Source: a virus
Lineage: Duplodnaviria > Caudoviricetes
DNA: 61,161 nt
Reading direction: 5' to 3' (one strand)
IMG/VR virus record: IMGVR_UViG_3300050343_000157
Coordinates: 1 to 61,161 of that record
Shown piece by piece: positions 1-8,337 of the stretch; position 1 is the first letter of the stretch; each line of letters begins with the position of its first letter. Under the pieces are notes generated by a model, which worked only from the letters and a program-made list of their open reading frames with translations, was not told where the DNA came from and searched no databases. A program made the position numbers and the translations under genes.

Positions 1-209
1 GCGAATGGTATGATGCATCTTATCACGGTATATTAGTTCACAGGGATTATGAAAATAAAACTGTTAAAGCAAAAGTTCTTAAAGTAAAATTCCAAAACCT
101 TGGAGAGAATGGTGCTGAAGCACATTTTACTTGGGAGCCTAGATCTGGTTGTTTTATACCACATCAACTTGCTATACACGAAAATGAACCTATGCCCTGG
201 GATTTATGA
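1..209 (+). CDS. C-terminal end of SF4 (T7 gp4/Twinkle-like) primase-helicase, partial
   Basis: Frame from nt 3 reads EWYDASYHGILVHRDYENKTVKAKVLKVKFQNLGENG...PWDL*, resembling SF4 helicase C-terminal motifs; truncated by window edge. Confidence 0.7.
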   Translation, partial: EWYDASYHGILVHRDYENKTVKAKVLKVKFQNLGENGAEAHFTWEPRSGCFIPHQLAIHENEPMPWDL

Positions 210-481
210 AAAGCTTATACAAAAGAAGAAAACCAAATAACCTTCCGCCGTACTTACCAAGCCCGGAAGAACAAGAGTGGAAATTATATTGTACACGAAA
301 CAACATAAGAATATCACCTTGGGCTACACCGCAAGATGGTCAATGGAAGATATGTATAAACTTAGGTTCATATGTTAAAGGAGAAAAATGTAACTTTGCT
401 CCATTTGTATACGATAAAGAAACCCTTTGGGTAGAATACTATAAAATGTGTAAATATTATTATGATAAATATAGAAAATGA
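206..481 (+). CDS. hypothetical protein (91 aa)
   Basis: ORF coupled by ATGA overlap to the helicase stop. Confidence 0.75.
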   Translation: MKSLYKRRKPNNLPPYLPSPEEQEWKLYCTRNNIRISPWATPQDGQWKICINLGSYVKGEKCNFAPFVYDKETLWVEYYKMCKYYYDKYRK

Positions 482-1310
482 ATATAGGGGATTAGTGTCT
501 GGCATATTAGGGTCAGGTGTTGATAAAGATGATAGAACAGGAGTAGGAACTAAATCTGTATTTGGTAGACAACTTACTCACGATATGGCCTTAGGCTTTC
601 CTCTATTAACAAACAAGAAGATGTATTTCAATTCTGCAAGAACAGAATTACTGTGGATATTACATGGCAAAACAGATATGAAATACTTACAGGATAATAA
701 TGTAACTTATTGGGATGCTGATTATAAAAGATCAGGCAGAACAGACGGAACATTAGGCCCTGTTTATGGCGCACAATGGCGTAACTGGAAAATAACTGAT
801 GGCTACTACACAAGGTATGAAGATCAGTTATTGAATTTAGTTAAGAATATAAAAGAGAATCCTAGCTCGAGAAGATTAATGGTTAATGCTTGGAATGTTG
901 GTCAATTAAAACATATGGCCTTACCTCCTTGTCATTACGCTTTTCAAGTTTATATCAACGATGGTAAAATGGATTTAATGTGGATACAAAGATCTGCTGA
1001 TGTATTCTTAGGCTTACCTTACGATATAGCTATGTACGGTTTATTATTAGAGTTGTTATGTAAAGAAACAGAATATACTCCTGGTAAATTAATAGCTCAG
1101 TTGGGTGATTGTCATATATATAAAAACCATATTGATGCAGCAAATTGTTATGCATACAGAAGAGAAACAAATGATTTACCTGAATTAAATTTACAGAAGG
1201 GTATTGATATTGTTGATGGCGAATTGTATATACCGAGTAAAGAATTAATAACAATATCTAATTATAACCCGCTGCCTGCAATACCAGCAAAATTAAATGT
1301 TGGCAAATGA
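462..1310 (+). CDS. thyA: thymidylate synthase
   Basis: DRTGVGT, LGPVYGAQWR, MALPPCH, QRSADVFLGLPYDIA, GDCHIY motifs. Confidence 0.97.
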   Translation: MINIENEYRGLVSGILGSGVDKDDRTGVGTKSVFGRQLTHDMALGFPLLTNKKMYFNSARTELLWILHGKTDMKYLQDNNVTYWDADYKRSGRTDGTLGPVYGAQWRNWKITDGYYTRYEDQLLNLVKNIKENPSSRRLMVNAWNVGQLKHMALPPCHYAFQVYINDGKMDLMWIQRSADVFLGLPYDIAMYGLLLELLCKETEYTPGKLIAQLGDCHIYKNHIDAANCYAYRRETNDLPELNLQKGIDIVDGELYIPSKELITISNYNPLPAIPAKLNVGK

Positions 1311-2101
1311 TGTATTATTTATATCATATTCCGGGTAAAAAAATCGGCGTTACACGTGATCTTAATAAAAGAGTTACGCTAACGCAGGGTTATAAGCCTA
1401 CCGAATACGAAGTTTTAGATCAGTCTGACGATATAGATTATATATCAAAGAAAGAACTAGAACTTCAAACGTCTTATGGCTATAAAGTAGATATTAAACC
1501 TTATAAAAATTTATTTAAAATGAAAGTAAACGTAACCGAACAAACAACAACATTCCCTTGTCCAGTGAATAAACTTAAGGGAAGACTAAACGATAGTTTA
1601 GGAATGCGCTGGAAAACAGATCATGGTGAGTTTAATATAAATGCAGACTCTATTACATGGATCATGAAAAATGTACAAACATCTATGTTTAATAGCGAAA
1701 GAAGCTATGTGTACAACAAATCCTTATCAAACTATTTTGAAGCAGTTAAAAAACACTTTGCACCATTAAATACAATTGGCGGTTTAACAATGCCAAAGAA
1801 AGAATTAATGATGTTTAAGAAAATTAGAAAGTGGGCTGAAGACAGAGGCTTATATGAAAAGGGTAATCCTATGACTCAATATGTTAAGCTTCAAGAAGAA
1901 GCTGGTGAGTTAGCTAAAGCATTGCTTAAAGAAGATCAACCAGAGATTATTGATGCTATTGGTGATATAGTTGTAGTGTTAACTAACCTTGCACATTTAA
2001 AAGGTGTTACCATTGAAGAATGTATTGCTGATGCTTACAAAGTTATCAATGCTAGAACTGGTAAAATGATTAACGGAACATTTGTCAAAGATGAGCTGTA
2101 A
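1307..2101 (+). CDS. MazG-like nucleotide pyrophosphohydrolase with N-terminal extension (possible GIY-YIG-like)
   Basis: C-terminal KLQEEAGELAKA...DAIGDIVVVLTNLA MazG motifs; N-terminal YYLYH...KIGVTRDLNKR. Confidence 0.8.
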   Translation: MMYYLYHIPGKKIGVTRDLNKRVTLTQGYKPTEYEVLDQSDDIDYISKKELELQTSYGYKVDIKPYKNLFKMKVNVTEQTTTFPCPVNKLKGRLNDSLGMRWKTDHGEFNINADSITWIMKNVQTSMFNSERSYVYNKSLSNYFEAVKKHFAPLNTIGGLTMPKKELMMFKKIRKWAEDRGLYEKGNPMTQYVKLQEEAGELAKALLKEDQPEIIDAIGDIVVVLTNLAHLKGVTIEECIADAYKVINARTGKMINGTFVKDEL

Positions 2102-2309
2102 GTGTAAATTCAGAGATCCTGTTGTTGAAAGAGTCGTAGACAAATTCAAACAACGATCAGATGTAGGCTATAAAAAATATGGCATTACACTTGACGACGA
2201 TCCTTCTAAAGTAGCTGATTGGCTTAATCATTTACAAGAAGAACTTATGGATGCTGTTTTGTATTTACAAAAAGCTAAAGAAACATATGAGAAAGAAAAG
2301 AGTATATAA
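2091..2309 (+). CDS. small all-alpha NTP pyrophosphatase-like phage protein
   Basis: GYKKYG...WLNHLQEELMDAVLY; ATG at 2091 preferred. Confidence 0.6.
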   Translation: MSCKCKFRDPVVERVVDKFKQRSDVGYKKYGITLDDDPSKVADWLNHLQEELMDAVLYLQKAKETYEKEKSI

Positions 2310-2742
2310 AAGAAAAAGAGGTCCCGTTGTAGCTAAGAAAGTTATTTATGACGGGATCCAATTCGCTTCTGGTTTGGAAAAATATATGTATAAAGCTCTT
2401 AAAGCGGCTAATATAAGAACTAAATACGAAGGCGAAACTTTTGTTTTAATTAATGGTTTTCATTTTGAAAACAAAGTATATGAAAGACAAGCTAATAGCA
2501 AAGGAATATTTAAGAATAGGGGTTGTAAAAGAATACTGCCGATTAAATATACACCAGACTTTATTGGCGATAACTTTATAATAGAAACAAAAGGTAGACC
2601 GAATGAGTCTTTTCCGATACGATGGAAGTTGTTTAAACATTTAATGACTAAACAATTCCCAGGATATACTTTATATAAACCACAAAATCAAAAAGAATGC
2701 GATCAGGTAATAGAACTAATAAAATTTCCGGAAAGCATTTAG
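2287..2742 (+). CDS. T7 endonuclease I-like PD-(D/E)xK nuclease / Holliday junction resolvase
   Basis: FASGLEK...YTPDFI...IIETKG motif. Confidence 0.8.
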   Translation: MRKKRVYKRKRGPVVAKKVIYDGIQFASGLEKYMYKALKAANIRTKYEGETFVLINGFHFENKVYERQANSKGIFKNRGCKRILPIKYTPDFIGDNFIIETKGRPNESFPIRWKLFKHLMTKQFPGYTLYKPQNQKECDQVIELIKFPESI

Positions 2743-2870
2743 CTCGAACGAAATATAAAGAACGTAAAATAGACACGTATATTAAATGGTCTGTAAACAA
2801 GAGAGGCTATTTAAAATGGAAAGATCTTATAATGATACATGAACAATATAATATAAAATGTTATGGATGA
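2697..2870 (+). CDS. hypothetical protein (57 aa, not in ORF track)
   Basis: MRSGNRTNK...KCYG* fills the gap in the operon. Confidence 0.5.
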   Translation: MRSGNRTNKISGKHLARTKYKERKIDTYIKWSVNKRGYLKWKDLIMIHEQYNIKCYG

Positions 2871-3018
2871 AAATGAAGAACCATCTGGAACTTGGAGTAT
2901 GGCTTTAGGCACATATCCAGGAGTATTATTTGGGGCTAGAACTTATGAAGGCCCAACACACACACAACACGTATTTTATCTACCGTTTGTAGATATAGCA
3001 ATAGAAATAAAAAATTAA
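2863..3018 (+). CDS. hypothetical protein (51 aa, not in ORF track)
   Basis: MDENEEPSGTWSMALGTYPGVLFGARTY...YLPFVDIAIEIKN*, ends 1 nt before nrdB. Confidence 0.6.
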   Translation: MDENEEPSGTWSMALGTYPGVLFGARTYEGPTHTQHVFYLPFVDIAIEIKN

Positions 3019-3019
3019 T

Positions 3020-3997
3020 ATGAAAGCACCTTTATTTACAGAAAGAATCCCGTACAAACCATTTGAATACCCGGAATATTATACAGAAGGCTGGCTTAAA
3101 CAGGCTCAAGCATTTTGGTTACATACGGAAATTCCTATGTCAGGTGATTTAAAAGACTGGAACGAAAAGTTAAATGATAAAGAGAAAAACCTAGTAGGAA
3201 ATATTTTGCTAGGCTTTGCTCAAACTGAATGCGCTGTGTCAGATTACTGGACACAAAAAGTCGTTGGTTGGTTTCCTAAACACGAAATACAACAAATGTC
3301 TATGATGTTCGGAAGCCAAGAAACAATTCACGCAGTAGCTTATAGTTACTTGAATGAAACATTAGGCTTAGAAGATTATGAAGCGTTCTTACATGAGCCC
3401 GCAACAGCTGCTAGGTTCGATAACTTAGTTGCTTATGAAGGTAATGATCCTGTGGGCATAGGTAAATCGTTAGCTACGTTCTCGGCCTTTGCAGAAGGCG
3501 TTAGTTTGTATTCTGCGTTTGCTGTGCTATACAGTTTTCAAATGCGTAACTTACTTAAAGGTATTGGGCAACAAATGAAATGGTCTGTAAGAGATGAATC
3601 ATTACATAGTAAAATGGGTTGTCAATTATTTAGACACATGTGTTCTCAAATACCAGGATTAAAAGAAGAATGCAAGGAGCATATATACGATGCAGCTTTA
3701 ACAATGCATAATGCTGAAATGACTTATATAAGTAAGTTATTTGAAATGGGTGATATTGAAGGAATAACAGAATATGATCTTAAACACTTTATTAAAAAAC
3801 GAACAGGTGATAAACTTCAAGAATTGGGTTATAAACAAGAAGGCAAGTTTAAATTCGAATATGACCAAAAGTCAATTGATAAAATGGCTTGGTTCGACCA
3901 TCTTACTGGGGGTCACACTCACACTGATTTTTTCGCTATTAGGCCGACTGACTATAGTAAAGCAAATGAAGGCGAAGATTTTGAAGACGTATGGTAA
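3020..3997 (+). CDS. nrdB: ribonucleotide reductase class I beta subunit
   Basis: ETIHAVAYS, AEGVSLYSAF, RDESLH di-iron ligand motifs. Confidence 0.96.
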   Translation: MKAPLFTERIPYKPFEYPEYYTEGWLKQAQAFWLHTEIPMSGDLKDWNEKLNDKEKNLVGNILLGFAQTECAVSDYWTQKVVGWFPKHEIQQMSMMFGSQETIHAVAYSYLNETLGLEDYEAFLHEPATAARFDNLVAYEGNDPVGIGKSLATFSAFAEGVSLYSAFAVLYSFQMRNLLKGIGQQMKWSVRDESLHSKMGCQLFRHMCSQIPGLKEECKEHIYDAALTMHNAEMTYISKLFEMGDIEGITEYDLKHFIKKRTGDKLQELGYKQEGKFKFEYDQKSIDKMAWFDHLTGGHTHTDFFAIRPTDYSKANEGEDFEDVW

Positions 3998-4242
3998 AAT
4001 ACAGACTGCTAAGGTTTTTAATAGAAAGAAAAAGAAAACTAAAACCTAGTGAGAGATTAGCTACCCGTATAGGTTATATGGGAGCTGGTTTTCTAGTAGC
4101 AGCGCAATGGACAATAGAGCCAGCTTTATACATAGTTGGTTTTATTTGCGTTTGTGTGCAGACTGCATCTCGTAAGCAATGGAATTTAGTTGCTTTAAAT
4201 ATTAATGGGCTTATAGCCTGGATTAAACATTTAATTATATAA
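3991..4242 (+). CDS. small membrane protein (about 3 hydrophobic segments)
   Basis: Hydrophobic stretches IGYMGAGFLVAA, ALYIVGFICVCV, LVALNINGLIAW. Confidence 0.7.
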   Translation: MVKYRLLRFLIERKRKLKPSERLATRIGYMGAGFLVAAQWTIEPALYIVGFICVCVQTASRKQWNLVALNINGLIAWIKHLII

Positions 4243-4243
4243 T

Positions 4244-4450
4244 ATGGGAGTACAAAAGAATATTAAACAATTACAAGAACAAGTTAACATTTTAGGTGGG
4301 GCTTTAACAAGAGCGTTAAAAGATTTAAATGTTATAAGAACATTAGCTCAAGGCACACTTACTTCTTTTCAATTACATATTGGACAAGAAAGGTGGGATA
4401 AACTTGTTAAAGAACTTAAAGATTTAGAGAAAAAAGATGTGGAACAATAA
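4244..4450 (+). CDS. hypothetical protein (68 aa)
   Basis: ORF tightly packed between neighbours. Confidence 0.7.
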   Translation: MGVQKNIKQLQEQVNILGGALTRALKDLNVIRTLAQGTLTSFQLHIGQERWDKLVKELKDLEKKDVEQ

Positions 4451-6158
4451 TTGGAAAAAAGGAATTGATTATCCTGCTTGGGGTGAAACCGATGTTTATA
4501 AGAAAACAATTGGTGGAGGATATTTAATTAAAGAAGAAACCCCACGAGACGCATATAATCGTGTATGCGAAACTGTAGCGAAGCGTTTAGGACGCCCAGA
4601 ACTTGCTCCAACATTTTTTGAATACATATGGAATGGTTGGCTGTGTTTAGCCTCTCCTGTGTTATCAAATACTGGTTCAGATCGAGGGTTGCCTATATCA
4701 TGCTTTGGTATAGATGTTGCTGATTCAATATATGATATTGGAAGCAAGAATTTAGAGATGATGTTACTCGCTAAGCACGGCGGTGGAGTTGGCATTGGTA
4801 TAAATCAAATCAGACCCGCTGGCGATACAATTAATGGAAATGGAACAAGTGACGGCGTGGTGCCTTTTTGCAAGATATACGATTCAACAATACTTGCCAC
4901 TAATCAAGGATCTGTCCGAAGAGGAGCAGCATCAGTTAATATCAATATTGAGCATCCCGACTTTGAGGAATGGCTTGAAATTAGAGAACCTAAAGGAGAC
5001 GTTAATCGTCAGTCGCTCAACCTCCACCAGTGCGCTGTGGTCGGCGACAAGTTCATGCGAAGAGTTGAAAGCGGAGATGTTGAAGCAAGAAAAAAATGGG
5101 GAAAGCTTTTACAAAAGCGTAAAGCAACTGGAGAACCTTATATATTATTTAAGGGAAATACAAACAAAAATAATCCAGAGCAATACAGAAAGCATGGTTT
5201 AAAAGTTCACATGACAAATATATGTAGTGAAATTACATTACATACAGATGAATCACATTCATTTGTTTGTTGTTTGTCTAGTTTGAATTTAGCTAAATAT
5301 GAGGAGTGGAAAAACACTAATCTTATTTATGACAGCATCTGGTTTTTAGATGGTGTATTAGAAGAATTTATACAAAAATCCAAAGGTAAAGTTGGCTTTC
5401 ATAATTCTGTTAGATCTGCTGAAAAAGGTAGAGCGTTAGGATTAGGCGTACTTGGTTGGCATACTTATTTGCAAGATCAAGGTTTACCGTTTGAAGGATT
5501 ACTATCACAATATGAAACAAGAAAAATATTTTCACAAATTAAAATTGAAAGTGAGAGAGCTTCAATGGCTCTTGCGGAAGAATTTGGCGAGCCTCTTTGG
5601 TGCCGTGGTTCAGGTTTTAGGAATACTCATTTGCGGGCTATTGCTCCTACTGTATCTAACAGCAAGCTTAGTGGCAACGTTAGTCCTGGAATCGAACCTT
5701 GGGCTGCAAACGTATTTACAGAACAAAGTGCAAAGGGTACTTTCATTCGCAAGAACCCTGCGTTATTAAAAGTATTAAAGAAATATAAAATTAATATTGA
5801 TAAAGTATGGAACAAAATAATGAAAGATGCTGGTTCCGTACAAGGTGTTAAAGAGCTTGATGATATTAAGCTTGGCAAGTGGGAAACACCAGCGAAAGAA
5901 GTATTTAAAACGTTTAAGGAAATTAATCAACTAGAATTAGTTAATCAAGCGGGAATAAGACAACAGTATATAGATCAATCTGTTAGTTTAAATTTAGCAT
6001 TCCCGAGTGTTGCAGAACCTAAGTGGATTAATAAGGTTCATTATGAAGCGTGGAAGAAAGGTATTAAAACCTTATATTATATGCGAACTGAATCAGTTCT
6101 TAGAGGTGATATTGCACAGAATGCAATGGATGAAAATTGCTTAGCGTGTGATGGATAA
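4437..6158 (+). CDS. nrdA: ribonucleotide reductase class I alpha subunit, short form without ATP cone
   Basis: LPISCF, GGGVG, TNICSEI, AIAPT, DQSVSLNL, KTLYY, C-terminal CLACDG. Confidence 0.96.
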   Translation: MWNNNWKKGIDYPAWGETDVYKKTIGGGYLIKEETPRDAYNRVCETVAKRLGRPELAPTFFEYIWNGWLCLASPVLSNTGSDRGLPISCFGIDVADSIYDIGSKNLEMMLLAKHGGGVGIGINQIRPAGDTINGNGTSDGVVPFCKIYDSTILATNQGSVRRGAASVNINIEHPDFEEWLEIREPKGDVNRQSLNLHQCAVVGDKFMRRVESGDVEARKKWGKLLQKRKATGEPYILFKGNTNKNNPEQYRKHGLKVHMTNICSEITLHTDESHSFVCCLSSLNLAKYEEWKNTNLIYDSIWFLDGVLEEFIQKSKGKVGFHNSVRSAEKGRALGLGVLGWHTYLQDQGLPFEGLLSQYETRKIFSQIKIESERASMALAEEFGEPLWCRGSGFRNTHLRAIAPTVSNSKLSGNVSPGIEPWAANVFTEQSAKGTFIRKNPALLKVLKKYKINIDKVWNKIMKDAGSVQGVKELDDIKLGKWETPAKEVFKTFKEINQLELVNQAGIRQQYIDQSVSLNLAFPSVAEPKWINKVHYEAWKKGIKTLYYMRTESVLRGDIAQNAMDENCLACDG

Positions 6159-6163
6159 AATTT

Positions 6164-6192
6164 AAGGGGCTTTTTTAAGGCCCCTTTTTTTT
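6164..6192. terminator. intrinsic terminator between convergent gene blocks
   Basis: AAGGGGC-9nt-GCCCCTT followed by a T run, between nrdA (+) and the late operon (-). Confidence 0.85.
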
Positions 6193-6844
6193 ATTTATTT
6201 TTAACTTGAGTTCTCATAGATATTTTAGTTGAATTAACTAAAGATCTACTTGGCCTTATATCTGGCCTTGGATTTTCTCTTGGAGTAATTTTAGAATTAA
6301 AATTATTATTAGGATTTTCCCTTGGAACAAATTTGTTTTTATTATTCCATGCTCTTTCTTGCCTATTGTTATTTAGCTTTACTTCGTTTCTTAATCTATT
6401 AGCTACTATATTAATTTTATCTTCTCTTACTTTTCTAATACTATTTCTCCTTCCTTTCATTACAGCTACATTACGAGGCTGTTCATACATATAATATCTT
6501 GGTATTTGATAATTAAAATAAGGGTAACCAAAAGCCCAATCGTACCAGAAATTATGTCTATTCCAATACATATCAAAAGAATTAAACGGATTCCAAAATC
6601 TAGCAAACGATGCAGAAGAATAAAATGAGAACGGCTGATTAGATGCGAACTTAGCGTAGTTCCATCTAAATGTAAAGCTATTTCTCATCTTCCAATTTAA
6701 TCTTGTATAAGATAATGTATCTATCTTAACAGTAGAAGGAACATCTAACCAGGGACCTGATAGTGGTGGTGGTGTTTTTTGTATTCCGCAACTAACAACA
6801 ACCAGAGTGGCCGTTACAAAAAGGACAGTTTTCCATAATTTCAT
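6191..6844 (-). CDS. predicted lipoprotein
   Basis: Signal peptide with lipobox-like VVVSC; aromatic-rich middle; R/N/P-rich tail. Confidence 0.75.
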   Translation of the reverse strand: MKLWKTVLFVTATLVVVSCGIQKTPPPLSGPWLDVPSTVKIDTLSYTRLNWKMRNSFTFRWNYAKFASNQPFSFYSSASFARFWNPFNSFDMYWNRHNFWYDWAFGYPYFNYQIPRYYMYEQPRNVAVMKGRRNSIRKVREDKINIVANRLRNEVKLNNNRQERAWNNKNKFVPRENPNNNFNSKITPRENPRPDIRPSRSLVNSTKISMRTQVKNK

Positions 6845-7308
6845 TATATTATTTTATATTTTGTTTTATTGTTCTCGTCTTTGTAAGCTTCTAAACAACG
6901 CTTTCTATTAGAATCAGCATCTATATAACTTACATGAACCCAAGAAGGATTGTCTTCGGTTCCAAATTCCCAGATCATTTGATCGAAATCTAAATTTTCT
7001 TTTATGTAATGGTACATATCTTTATTAGACATGTAACCGTAAGTATCATCTAAATCCATCGCTCTTCCCTGGCAATGTTGTGATTTACTGCTCCCGCCGA
7101 TTGCCTTATTCAATTCTTCTGAACGAAAGAATGAATTAATTTTTATTGGGCCATTCACAGCTTTTCTTAATGGTTCAAATACTTTTTCAGCAATAAGTTC
7201 CATATTCTGTAATTCGTATTCTCCAGGCTCATTCTCTATACCTTTCCTTAATGCAGTCGCGCTGAATATGGCTTCTTTCTTTGTTATGTGCTCGCTTATC
7301 TTACTCAT
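6844..7308 (-). CDS. peptidase M15 family endolysin
   Basis: INSFFRS...SQHCQGRAMD...WVHVS. Confidence 0.9.
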   Translation of the reverse strand: MSKISEHITKKEAIFSATALRKGIENEPGEYELQNMELIAEKVFEPLRKAVNGPIKINSFFRSEELNKAIGGSSKSQHCQGRAMDLDDTYGYMSNKDMYHYIKENLDFDQMIWEFGTEDNPSWVHVSYIDADSNRKRCLEAYKDENNKTKYKII

Positions 7309-7623
7309 CTATTGAGCTTTTAATCTTTCGATATGGTTTTCTATATCTTCTTTTGTTATCTTTAATTTCAATGCTATACCACCACTCCATTGTCCTTTAG
7401 GTTTACCGTTGTGTAAAACTAAAATAGTTGGAACAGATTTTATTTGTTGTCTAAATGAAGGCGTTTGTTCTTCTAGTATTAAATATTTTACCTTAGCATA
7501 CTTAAGGCCGTCAAGGTCGAGGTTATGTCTTGAATTCCAAGAAGAATTAATGTGCAGTACTTCGTATTGTGAATATCCTGCGATTGTAAAGAGTAAACTT
7601 AATATTATTAGAATCTTTTTCAT
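7309..7623 (-). CDS. secreted thioredoxin-fold-like protein lacking CxxC
   Basis: Signal peptide; INSSWN...IKSVPTILVLHNGK. Confidence 0.6.
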   Translation of the reverse strand: MKKILIILSLLFTIAGYSQYEVLHINSSWNSRHNLDLDGLKYAKVKYLILEEQTPSFRQQIKSVPTILVLHNGKPKGQWSGGIALKLKITKEDIENHIERLKAQ

Positions 7624-7624
7624 T

Positions 7625-7906
7625 TTATTTGTTTATAATTGTGAACAGTTTGTCGTCGATTTTATCTAGTTTTTCACTATTATCTTGAACTTTCTCATCA
7701 ATATCCATAATAGTAGTTCTAACCAGTTCATCTTTTAAATCATATTCTGTTCTACTCACCTCTGGTTTAGGTAATTCTTTTGCAAGATCTATATCTTTTT
7801 GCAAAGTAAAATACATGGCTGCTAAACTCACTGCGCCTGCGACCAACATTCCAATCGTTTTTAAATCTAATTGTACTTCTGTGTTTTCTGAAATTTTTTG
7901 AGCCAT
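7625..7906 (-). CDS. membrane-anchored coiled-coil protein (holin/spanin candidate)
   Basis: One hydrophobic helix plus C-terminal coiled coil; first gene of lysis cassette. Confidence 0.6.
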   Translation of the reverse strand: MAQKISENTEVQLDLKTIGMLVAGAVSLAAMYFTLQKDIDLAKELPKPEVSRTEYDLKDELVRTTIMDIDEKVQDNSEKLDKIDDKLFTIINK

Positions 7907-7933
7907 AATTTTTTTAAGTTTCTATAATATATG

Positions 7934-7943
7934 TAATCACCTA
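7934..7943 (-). promoter_or_regulatory. putative late promoter core (YANGTRATWA) for lysis cassette
   Basis: TAGGTGATTA on - strand; similar motif at four other late-block gene boundaries. Confidence 0.55.
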
Positions 7944-8219
7944 TTTTTTATTCCTTTTAACGTTTTTTACTCTTCGTGGCTTACCTTTTGGTTGGCCCAA
8001 GCTTTTCTTTTCTCTAATCTTTTTTGCTTTTTCAGATGAAGACATTTCACCAGATGTTTTTGGTGTTTTACTCGACACTCTTTTACTGGGCCTACAATAA
8101 GGCACACCTCTCCCATCACCCTTTGTTCTACCACAAGGTTTACCTGTTCTAACATCTACCCACTTCTCTTTAAACCAGCGCTTTAACGCAGCGCCTTTTT
8201 TAGTTTTTCTAACAGCCAT
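7941..8219 (-). CDS. small basic protein (DUF5872-like)
   Basis: LKRWFKEKWVDV...CGR...PYCRP...TPKT. Confidence 0.7.
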   Translation of the reverse strand: MAVRKTKKGAALKRWFKEKWVDVRTGKPCGRTKGDGRGVPYCRPSKRVSSKTPKTSGEMSSSEKAKKIREKKSLGQPKGKPRRVKNVKRNKK

Positions 8220-8335
8220 TACTTTTTCTTTTTGCCTTTGTTTTTTCTACATTTAGCTATAGCTCCACTCGCATATGCGGATGGGAATACTTTGTATTGT
8301 TTTTTTACTTTGTGGTAACACGCATCTTTTGGCAT
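8219..8335 (-). CDS. tiny basic protein (38 aa, not in ORF track)
   Basis: MPKDACYHKVKKQYKVFPSAYASGAIAKCRKNKGKKKK*. Confidence 0.7.
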   Translation of the reverse strand: MPKDACYHKVKKQYKVFPSAYASGAIAKCRKNKGKKKK

Positions 8336-8337
8336 AA

